Part shown: positions 1 through 7,012 of the stretch, one piece after another | How the letters are laid out: each line of letters starts with the position of its first letter | Position numbering within the stretch: position 1 is the first letter of the stretch | Source: Vulcanimicrobiales bacterium | GTDB lineage: Bacteria > Vulcanimicrobiota > Vulcanimicrobiia > Vulcanimicrobiales > Vulcanimicrobiaceae | Assembly (NCBI GenBank): GCA_038231455.1 | Contig: JBBRLI010000036.1 | Coordinates: forward strand, 1-19,743 | Length of the DNA: 19,743 nucleotides | Direction: 5' to 3' | Program-made: the position numbers and the translations under genes | The notes under the pieces: generated by a model | What the model was told of the DNA's origin: nothing | Database searches by the model: none | The model's input: only the letters and a program-made list of their open reading frames with translations

Positions 1-12
1 CGGCGATCCCTC

Positions 13-21
13 TGATATACT
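13..21 (+). promoter_or_regulatory. Putative extended -10 promoter element (TG-a-TATACT) for rpmA
   Basis: TG at 13-14 and TATACT at 16-21 match TGnTATAAT with one mismatch, 9 nt upstream of the ATG at 31. Any -35 element would lie outside the window. Confidence 0.55.
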
Positions 22-30
22 TCCGTGGCT

Positions 31-312
31 ATGTTTAACTTCGATCTGCAGCTGTTCGCATCCAAAAAGGGCGGCGGCTCCACGCGTAACGGCCGCGACT
101 CTAACGCTCAGCGCCTGGGCGTGAAGCGCTACGGCGGCGAGCTCGTCCTCGCGGGCAACGTCATCATTCGTCAGCGCGGAACGAAGTTCTACCCGGGCGT
201 CAACATGGGCATGGGCAAAGACCACACCCTCTTCGCGCTCGTCGAAGGGCACGTGCAGTTCAGCACGCGGCGGAATCGCCAATTCGTGAACATCGTTCCG
301 GCGGCGGAGTAA
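31..312 (+). CDS. rpmA: 50S ribosomal protein L27 (bL27) with N-terminal Prp-type extension
   Basis: [35 protein letters not shown] and GKDHTLFAL are diagnostic L27 motifs. ATG at 31 is preferred over GTG at 25. The gene lies directly upstream of obg. Confidence 0.98.
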   Translation: MFNFDLQLFASKKGGGSTRNGRDSNAQRLGVKRYGGELVLAGNVIIRQRGTKFYPGVNMGMGKDHTLFALVEGHVQFSTRRNRQFVNIVPAAE

Positions 313-343
313 CGCTCCGCCCGCCTTCGTGCTCACGGAGTTC

Positions 344-366
344 AAAGAGCCTGCGGGCTCTTTTTT
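344..366 (+). terminator. Rho-independent terminator-like hairpin between rpmA and obgE
   Basis: Stem AAAGAGCC / GGCTCTTT with loop TGCG, running into a T6 tract (361-366). Confidence 0.75.
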
Positions 367-371
367 GATGT

Positions 372-1649
372 ATGCAATTCATTGATGAAGCGTCCATTGG
401 GATCGCTGCCGGCAGCGGCGGCGCCGGCAAAGTCGCCTGGCGCAAAGAGAAATACGTTCCGAAAGGCGGCCCCGCGGGCGGCGATGGCGGTCGCGGTGGC
501 AGCGTCTATCTCGAAGCGACCCCCAATTTAGGCACGCTCGTCGACTTTCGGTTCAAAAAGCAGTTCGCGGCGGAATCCGGCGAGGGCGGCTCGACGACCA
601 ACAAGTCCGGCAAGAGCGGCGAGGATCTCATCATCCCCGTCCCGGTCGGCACCTTGGTCTATCGGGCAGAAATCGACGCAGAGAACAAAACGGGCCAAGA
701 GCGGCTCTTCGCCGATCTGAGCGAGCCCTTCGAGCGCGCCCTCGTCGCCAAAGGCGGACGCGGCGGTCTCGGCAACCAGCACTTTGCCACGAGCGCCCGC
801 CAGGCGCCGACGTTTGCGGAAAAAGGTCAGCCGGGCGAAAAGTGCGCGCTGCGCCTAGAACTCAAATTGCTCGCCGATTGCGGTCTCGTCGGCTTGCCGA
901 ACGCCGGCAAATCAACCTTACTCTCTGTCGTTTCGGCAGCGCGCCCGAAGATCGCGGATTATCCGTTTACGACGCTCGAACCGCAGCTCGGCGTCATCCG
1001 CATCGATGTCGACGAGTCGTTCGTCATGGTCGACGTCCCCGGCTTGATCGAAGGCGCGCATGAAGGTGCGGGCCTCGGCGATCGCTTCCTGCGCCACGTG
1101 GAACGCACGCGCGTGCTCTTGCATTTGATGGACGGCGCAAAGCCGATCGACGAACTGCTCGCCGATAAGGCGACGATCGAACACGAACTCGCGTCGTGGA
1201 ATCCCGCACTCGTCGAGCGGCCAACGATTCCCGTGATCACCAAACTCGATTTGCCCGACGCGCAAGAAACCTTCGCGCAGCTGCGCGAACAATTGCCGAA
1301 TCTGGTCGGGATTTCAGCGGCAACCGGAGCCGGCATCAAAGAACTTCTCACGCTTGCGTGGCGGACGATCCAAGAAACACCGCTGCCGGCCGTTGCAACG
1401 CCGGAACCCGCGCAGATCGTTCTCGCTGCGGACGAGCCCTTCGAAGTTCGCGTCGAATCGGGCGTCTTCGTCGTGAGCGGCGAGCGCATCGAGCGGCTCG
1501 CACAGATGACCGACTTCGATTCGGACGAAGCGCTCGGGCGATTCGAACAAGTGCTGGCAAAACTCGGCGTCGAGAAACGCTTACGCGAACTTGGCGTCGC
1601 CGAAGGCGATACCGTGCGGATCGCCGGCAACGAGTTTTTGTACAGCTAA
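372..1649 (+). CDS. obgE: GTPase ObgE/CgtA with C-terminal OCT (DUF1967-like) domain
   Basis: Gly-rich N-terminal Obg fold (GGPAGGDGGRGG), G1 GLPNAGKS, G2 YPFTT, G3 DVPGLIEG, G4 TKLD, and C-terminal LRELGVAEGDTVRI..EF typical of the OCT domain. Confidence 0.98.
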   Translation: MQFIDEASIGIAAGSGGAGKVAWRKEKYVPKGGPAGGDGGRGGSVYLEATPNLGTLVDFRFKKQFAAESGEGGSTTNKSGKSGEDLIIPVPVGTLVYRAEIDAENKTGQERLFADLSEPFERALVAKGGRGGLGNQHFATSARQAPTFAEKGQPGEKCALRLELKLLADCGLVGLPNAGKSTLLSVVSAARPKIADYPFTTLEPQLGVIRIDVDESFVMVDVPGLIEGAHEGAGLGDRFLRHVERTRVLLHLMDGAKPIDELLADKATIEHELASWNPALVERPTIPVITKLDLPDAQETFAQLREQLPNLVGISAATGAGIKELLTLAWRTIQETPLPAVATPEPAQIVLAADEPFEVRVESGVFVVSGERIERLAQMTDFDSDEALGRFEQVLAKLGVEKRLRELGVAEGDTVRIAGNEFLYS

Positions 1650-1652
1650 GAC

Positions 1653-2273
1653 ATGCGCATCGGGATATTCGGCGGCGGTTTCGATCCGATACACAACGGA
1701 CATCTCTTCGTTGCCGAAGCCGTGCGCGAAGAGTGCGGTCTGGACCGCGTCGTATTCGTTCCCACGCGCTCGGGGCAGCATCGCTCGCGCATCGTTGCCT
1801 CGGGCGACGATCGCTCGCAGATGATTCGCCTCGCAATTGCAGCGAACGTCGCATTCGCCTTTGATGACGCGGATTTAGCGCCGGAAGCCAGCGGTTATAC
1901 CGCCGACCTTTTGCCGCGTTTGCACGCGCGCTATCCGGGTGACGAACTGACGTTTATCGTCGGCGGCGATTCGCTCGTGCGTTCGCGCTGGCAACGTCTC
2001 GACGAAATTCTCGCCGCGCTCGCCGCATTCGTCGTCGCACCGCGCGGCGATATTACCGTCAGCGAACTCGAAGCGGCGCTTGCCGATTTACCCGCTCCAT
2101 TGCGCGAGAAAGTGCGCCTGCTCGACCTTCCGGTTGTTGCCGAATCCGCTACGCTCGTCCGCACGCTGCTTGCCGCGGGCCGCAGCGCGCGCTATCTCAT
2201 CCCGGAGCCGGTATATCGCTACATCGTCGACCACGAATTGTATCGCGAACCGGCCGAGGAGGCCGCGTCGTGA
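1653..2273 (+). CDS. nadD: Nicotinate-nucleotide adenylyltransferase
   Basis: MRIGIFGGGFDPIHNGH (HxGH motif), YT..L, FIVGGDS, W, SAT.VR and RYLIPEPVYRYI..H.LY. Typical position after obg. Confidence 0.93.
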   Translation: MRIGIFGGGFDPIHNGHLFVAEAVREECGLDRVVFVPTRSGQHRSRIVASGDDRSQMIRLAIAANVAFAFDDADLAPEASGYTADLLPRLHARYPGDELTFIVGGDSLVRSRWQRLDEILAALAAFVVAPRGDITVSELEAALADLPAPLREKVRLLDLPVVAESATLVRTLLAAGRSARYLIPEPVYRYIVDHELYREPAEEAAS

Positions 2274-3577
2274 TCGACACGCGTGACGATTGGCGCACGG
2301 CGACGGCAGCCGGTCACACGCGCGCGAGCGATGGCGAATTGCTAATCGGCGGCGTTCGTGCGAGCAATCTTGCAAGCACGTATGGAACGCCCGCGTTCAT
2401 CATCGACCTTGAGGTCGTCGATCGCGCGATCGATGCGTTCGTTGCGGCATGTGCGCCGCACGACATCGGGATCGCGTACGCCGGAAAAGCGTTTCTCTGC
2501 ACGGCCTTCGCACGTCACCTTGCCGCGCGCGGCCTCGACCTTGATGTCTGTTCGCTTGGGGAACTGCTCACCGCGGAACGCGCGGGATTTCCGCCCGAGC
2601 GGCTCGCTTTTCACGGTTGCGGCAAATCCGATGTCGAACTCGACGCAGCGGCCGCCGGGCGCGTCGGCATCACGATCGTCGACGGCCACGAAGAGCTCGA
2701 GCGGCTTGCGCGACGCGCAAATCCCGCATCGCCGCTGACGATTTTGCTACGCATCAACGTCGGGATCGAAGCGCACACGCACGACTTCATTCGCACGAGC
2801 GGCGAGAACACGAAGTTCGGCTTTGCGCTCGACGAAGTCGATTCGGCCTTCACTCGGCTTCGCGAGCTTCCGGCACTGCGATGTCTTGGATTGCACGCCC
2901 ACATCGGCTCGCAGATCGCCGAGGCCGACCCGTACCACGCGAACCTGCGGACGCTTATGGAGACCGCAGCCCGCGCACGGGCGCACGGAATCGCCATCGA
3001 ACGGCTCATCATCGGCGGCGGCTACGGGGTCGAAGAAGCGCCCGGCGAGCGTGCCCCAATCGACATGGAAGCGCTCTTCGCGGGACTGGCGGGCGATGCC
3101 AAGCGCTTCGCCGCCGACCTGCACATCCCAATGCCGCACCTTGCGATCGAGCCGGGACGGGCGATCGTCGCCCGCGCCGGCACATCGCTCTATTCGGTCA
3201 TGGCGGTCAAACGCCAGGGCCGCCGCCGGTTCGTGGTCGCCGACGGCGGAATCGCCGACAACCCGCGGCCCGCGCTCTACGGAGCGTACCATCATCCACT
3301 TGTTGCACGCTCCGCGGCCGATGTGGCCGTAAGCGAGGCGACCATCTGCGGCCGGTCGTGCGAGAACGACGTTCTCGTCACCGCTGCGCTTCCCAATTCG
3401 CTCGCGAGCGGCGACTTGATCGCCCTGTGCACCACCGGCGCCTACACGTATGCGATGGCCAGCAACTACAACCGGTTCGGCAAGCCGCCGGTCGTCTTCG
3501 TCGGCGGCGCCGCGCATCGACTTGCGGTGCGCGGCGAACGACCGGACGACGTCCTGCGCAACGACCTTGACGCGTAA
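2270..3577 (+). CDS. lysA: Diaminopimelate decarboxylase
   Basis: YGTP, YAGKAF (PLP Lys), DVCSLGEL, KFG, HAHIGSQI, IEPGRAIV, DGGIADNPRPALY, CEND and TGAY.YAMASNYNR. The GTG start overlaps the nadD stop (GTGA). Confidence 0.95.
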   Translation: MIDTRDDWRTATAAGHTRASDGELLIGGVRASNLASTYGTPAFIIDLEVVDRAIDAFVAACAPHDIGIAYAGKAFLCTAFARHLAARGLDLDVCSLGELLTAERAGFPPERLAFHGCGKSDVELDAAAAGRVGITIVDGHEELERLARRANPASPLTILLRINVGIEAHTHDFIRTSGENTKFGFALDEVDSAFTRLRELPALRCLGLHAHIGSQIAEADPYHANLRTLMETAARARAHGIAIERLIIGGGYGVEEAPGERAPIDMEALFAGLAGDAKRFAADLHIPMPHLAIEPGRAIVARAGTSLYSVMAVKRQGRRRFVVADGGIADNPRPALYGAYHHPLVARSAADVAVSEATICGRSCENDVLVTAALPNSLASGDLIALCTTGAYTYAMASNYNRFGKPPVVFVGGAAHRLAVRGERPDDVLRNDLDA

Positions 3578-3983
3578 GGCGGCGCTCCTCCTCGGCCTGA
3601 TCCTCGCCGGATGCACGGCCGCACCGTCCGCAAACGACGGAAACGCGGCCGTTTTCGATGCATGGCGCGCGCAGCGTTCGCACATCGAAGTGACCGCAAG
3701 GGGCGTGATCGCCCGCGATTTGGGCACACGCGCCGGCGTTTCGGCGGCGCATGAGGGCTTTCTGCTCCACCTCGCCGGAGCAAGCGGGCGCGGCCTCACG
3801 GTCCGGGTTGAGGCCAATGTGGATTTCACCGGACCGATGCCGATCGCGGCGGGCGAAAGCGTCATCGTACGCGGCGAATATGAGTTCGATGCGCGCGGCG
3901 GCGTGATCCATTGGACGCATCGCGACCCGCGCGGCCGACATCCGGGTGGGTACATCGAAATTCAAAACAAGAGATACGGATAA
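3567..3983 (+). CDS. Small lipoprotein, DUF3465-like (OB-fold-like)
   Basis: A TTG at 3567, overlapping the lysA end, gives MTRKAALLLGLILAG-C (lipobox LAGC). HEGFLL, GEYE and GGVIHWTHRDPRGRHPGGYI resemble the DUF3465 family. The ORF-track start at 3450 is probably too far upstream. Confidence 0.75.
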   Translation: MTRKAALLLGLILAGCTAAPSANDGNAAVFDAWRAQRSHIEVTARGVIARDLGTRAGVSAAHEGFLLHLAGASGRGLTVRVEANVDFTGPMPIAAGESVIVRGEYEFDARGGVIHWTHRDPRGRHPGGYIEIQNKRYG

Positions 3984-3996
3984 CAATTTTGTCATT

Positions 3997-4031
3997 CGCG
4001 CTAGTAATTTGTAGCGCGCACACTTTATAAT
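3997..4031 (+). promoter_or_regulatory. Putative promoter of the maf-mreBCD-mrdA operon with an upstream inverted repeat
   Basis: AT-rich intergenic gap with a perfect TATAAT at 4026-4031 and CGCGCTA-N8-TAGCGCG at 3997-4018. No canonical -35 at 17-bp spacing. Confidence 0.5.
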
Positions 4032-4067
4032 CGTTCTATCATACGTTCAGGGCGAATTCTGCGTGCC

Positions 4068-4646
4068 GTGACCCTTGCAAGTGCGTCTCCACGACGACGC
4101 GAGTTGCTTGCATCACTCGGAATCACCGTGAATGTTGTCCCCAGCGACTATCTCGAGGTTGATCTCGCCGGCGTCACGCCGACGGAACTCGCTATGATCC
4201 ACGCCCAGGGAAAAGCTACCGGTGCCACGTGCGATCGCTCTCTCGAGAGCGTCATCATTGGCGCGGATACCGTGGTCGATGTGGACGGCGAAGCGCTCGG
4301 AAAGCCGCGCGACCGCGCGCAATCGCGTGCGATGATCGAGCGTTTGTCGGGACGGGAGCATCTGGTGCACACCGCCGTTGCATTGCGCGATGCGACGAGC
4401 GAACGTTCGTTCGATTTTCTTTCGACGACGCGCGTGCGATTTTACGATTTGAGCACCGCTGAGCTCGAGCGCTACGTCGCAAGCGATGACGGCATGGATA
4501 AAGCCGGTGCTTACGGCATTCAGGGCCGCGGCGCGACGCTGGTCGAGGCAATCGATGGCGACTTTTATACGGTGATGGGATTTCCGCTTGGCGCCTTTAC
4601 GCGCGCCATCTCAACCATCGGTTGGACCTTGGGAGCCCCGGCATGA
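4068..4646 (+). CDS. maf: Maf family nucleoside triphosphate pyrophosphatase
   Basis: LASASPRRRELL, IIGADTVV, LGKP, LSGREHLVHTAV, DKAGAYGIQG and GDFYTVMGFP. Typical position upstream of mreB. Confidence 0.95.
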   Translation: MTLASASPRRRELLASLGITVNVVPSDYLEVDLAGVTPTELAMIHAQGKATGATCDRSLESVIIGADTVVDVDGEALGKPRDRAQSRAMIERLSGREHLVHTAVALRDATSERSFDFLSTTRVRFYDLSTAELERYVASDDGMDKAGAYGIQGRGATLVEAIDGDFYTVMGFPLGAFTRAISTIGWTLGAPA

Positions 4647-5716
4647 GCATGATGTCGTTTCGTCCGGACATTGGCATCGATCTTGGCACCGCGAACACGG
4701 TCGTCTACGAGCGCAACGAGGGGATCCTCGTCTCCGAGCCCTCCGTCGTCGCCTACCGGACGTCGGATGATTCCATTTTGGCTGTCGGCCACGCCGCAAA
4801 AGCAATGGACGGACGTGCGCCCGGCCGCATTCGCGTCGTCCGCCCACTGCGCGGCGGGACGATCTCCGATTTTCGCGGTGCGCACGCACTGATCTCAACG
4901 ATGGTCGACCGGGCGCTCCGTTCGAAAACACGGATCGCTCCGCGGGTGATCGCCTGCGTCCCGGGTTGTGCCACCGACATCGAGTGCAAAGCGGTCGAAG
5001 AAGCCGTCCGCTCGGCGGGTGCGCGCAACCTCACGTTCGTCCCGCAGGCCGTTGCGGCGGCCGTCGGCGCGGGCCTCGACATCACGACTAACCGCGGCAT
5101 GATGGTCGTGGATATCGGGGGCGGCACGACGGAAGTCGCCGTCCTTTCGCTCACCGGGGTCGTGGCGCTCAAGTCGATCAAGGTCGGCGGCGACTACTTC
5201 GATACCGCGATTGCCAACCGCATGCGGAACGACCGGTTTATCATTGGGCCGCTCACCGCCGAGCAACTCAAGGTCGAACTCGGCTTTGCGGGACGCGCGC
5301 CGGGGCGCGCGGCGTTCACCGTGAGCGGCTCGGATCTTGCGGCGATGTCGCCGCGCAGCCGCGCGATCGACGAACAGATCATCGGTGATGCCATGGCCGA
5401 GGGGATCAACCAAATCGCGCGTGCGATCTGGAGCGTCCTCGAATCGACCCCGCCGGACCTCGCGGCCGACCTGCTGGAAACCGGCATCGTGCTCACCGGC
5501 GGCGGGGCGCTTATCCCCGGTCTCGCAGGCGAACTTGCCGTGCGTTCGAACGTGCCGACCACGGTCGCAATCGACCCGCTCACTTGCGTTGCACGTGGCG
5601 CGGGGGTGATTCTGGCAACACCCTCGCTGCTCGAAAAATTACGTCCGTCGGCCGATCGCCTGACGAGGTGGTACCAATCTTTACGTATCGGGATGAACGA
5701 AAGCTATTCGCGTTAA
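4643..5716 (+). CDS. mreB: Rod shape-determining actin-like protein MreB (divergent)
   Basis: DIGIDLGTANT, EPSVVA, VRPL, MVVDIGGGTTEVAVLSL, TAEQLK, TPP.LAAD, GIVLTGGGAL and DPLTCVARG. ATG at 4643 overlaps the maf stop (ATGA). Followed by mreC and mreD. Confidence 0.92.
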   Translation: MSMMSFRPDIGIDLGTANTVVYERNEGILVSEPSVVAYRTSDDSILAVGHAAKAMDGRAPGRIRVVRPLRGGTISDFRGAHALISTMVDRALRSKTRIAPRVIACVPGCATDIECKAVEEAVRSAGARNLTFVPQAVAAAVGAGLDITTNRGMMVVDIGGGTTEVAVLSLTGVVALKSIKVGGDYFDTAIANRMRNDRFIIGPLTAEQLKVELGFAGRAPGRAAFTVSGSDLAAMSPRSRAIDEQIIGDAMAEGINQIARAIWSVLESTPPDLAADLLETGIVLTGGGALIPGLAGELAVRSNVPTTVAIDPLTCVARGAGVILATPSLLEKLRPSADRLTRWYQSLRIGMNESYSR

Positions 5717-6486
5717 TCGGCGTCGTCATCGTCGCCGCTTTAGTCGCACTGCTTCAAGTTAGCTTCGCCCGCCAGGGACGTACCAGTCCCCTCACCACAC
5801 TCGTCACAACAACGGCTACGTATTTTGAGATCGTCATCTCCGCGATTCGCGACGGAACGCGCGGCGGCTTCGACACGGTCGTCCGGACGCCGGGCCTCGC
5901 GCGCGAGAACGCCGCGCTGCGCGAAGAGAACCTGCGCCTGCGCGATGAGAACGTCGCCTTTACCGAGGAACTCGCGCGGGTGCCGGCCGAGCGCGACATG
6001 ATCGCCGCGCAAGCACGCTACCCGCACGCCGTCGCCGCGAACGTGATCGGCTTCGATCCCGAGAATACGATTCACGAAGTGACCATCGACCGCGGCAGCA
6101 AAGACGGCGTCAAACGCGACGACGGCGTCGTTACGAGCGACGGGGTCGTTGGCCGGATTGTCGAGGTCACGCTGCTCTCGAGCAAAGTGCTGCTCGTCAG
6201 CGACGTCACCAGCCGCATTCCCGCCGTCGTCCAACGCGGGCGCTGGTGGTCGATCGCTGTCGGCACGCAAACGCGCGTAAAGCTGCAGTACGTCCCGCAA
6301 GACGCGCACCTCGTTCCGGGCGACGCCGTCATCACCGGCGAGGGTCGCAGTTTCCACGCCGGGATTTTAATCGGGCGCATCGCCTCCGTCACTCCATCCG
6401 CCGCCGGCGCGCTCGATCAGAGTGCGATCGTCGAACCCGCCGTTTCATTCGGCCGCTTACATCGTGTCCTCGTCTTACAAAAATAA
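5668..6486 (+). CDS. mreC: Rod shape-determining protein MreC
   Basis: N-terminal TM helix, coiled coil (LARENAALREENLRLRDEN), IDRGSKDGVK, GVVGRIVEV, SKVLLVSD, GD.VITG and EPAVSF..L..VLV. The start is uncertain: GTG 5668 chosen, while the ORF is open from 5584. Confidence 0.92.
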   Translation: MVPIFTYRDERKLFALIGVVIVAALVALLQVSFARQGRTSPLTTLVTTTATYFEIVISAIRDGTRGGFDTVVRTPGLARENAALREENLRLRDENVAFTEELARVPAERDMIAAQARYPHAVAANVIGFDPENTIHEVTIDRGSKDGVKRDDGVVTSDGVVGRIVEVTLLSSKVLLVSDVTSRIPAVVQRGRWWSIAVGTQTRVKLQYVPQDAHLVPGDAVITGEGRSFHAGILIGRIASVTPSAAGALDQSAIVEPAVSFGRLHRVLVLQK

Positions 6487-7012
6487 ATACCGCTCGGTCG
6501 AAATCGTGCGCGGCCCGGGCGTCTGGGCGACGCTCGGTTTCGTCGCGCTCGCCGCACTCGTGCAGACGACGCTCGGCCCGGTCTTTGCGGTGCGCGGCAT
6601 CGTGCCGTCGTTCATCACGATCGCCGTCGTGCTCTTTGCGCTTCGTACCGGCATCACGCGCGGCGTGATCGTGGGCCTCGTCGCCGGAATCCTCGAAGAT
6701 GCACTCGCGAGCGGTACCGGCGGCGCGTGGACGATTGCAACGGTCCTCGTCGCACTTGGCGCCGGCCGAATCGCGCGCTCGTTCTTCAGCGACGGCTTCA
6801 CGATCTTGAGCGCGATTGTCGCGGGCGGTGTGCTCGTGCGCGACTTGATTTTTTGGCTCGTCATGCGCCTTGAGGGATACCCGCCGGGACTCGCCGTCGC
6901 GCACGCGCACGCCGCCGTGTATCAGGCCATCGCAACCGGGATCGCCGCGTTCCTCTACCTCGTTATTCGGACACGGTTCGTCGTCGACGCGACGAGCGTG
7001 CAGAGGATCTGA
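6464..7012 (+). CDS. mreD: Rod shape-determining protein MreD
   Basis: Polytopic hydrophobic protein with GIVPS and GLVAGILEDAL motifs, between mreC and PBP2. The start is uncertain (in-frame GTGs at 6422, 6464 and 6506). Confidence 0.85.
   Translation: MSSSYKNKYRSVEIVRGPGVWATLGFVALAALVQTTLGPVFAVRGIVPSFITIAVVLFALRTGITRGVIVGLVAGILEDALASGTGGAWTIATVLVALGAGRIARSFFSDGFTILSAIVAGGVLVRDLIFWLVMRLEGYPPGLAVAHAHAAVYQAIATGIAAFLYLVIRTRFVVDATSVQRI

Noticed and set aside
1653-1703. NadD GGGFDP instead of the usual GG(T/S)FDP
   Set aside because: A single substitution with HxGH intact, so there is no basis for claiming altered function.
2617-3955. Long alternative ORFs (2747..3955 minus, 402 aa; 2617..3570 plus, 317 aa)
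   Set aside because: They overlap the well-supported lysA and lipoprotein genes. The Arg/Ala-rich translations have no motifs and are typical shadow ORFs of high-GC DNA.
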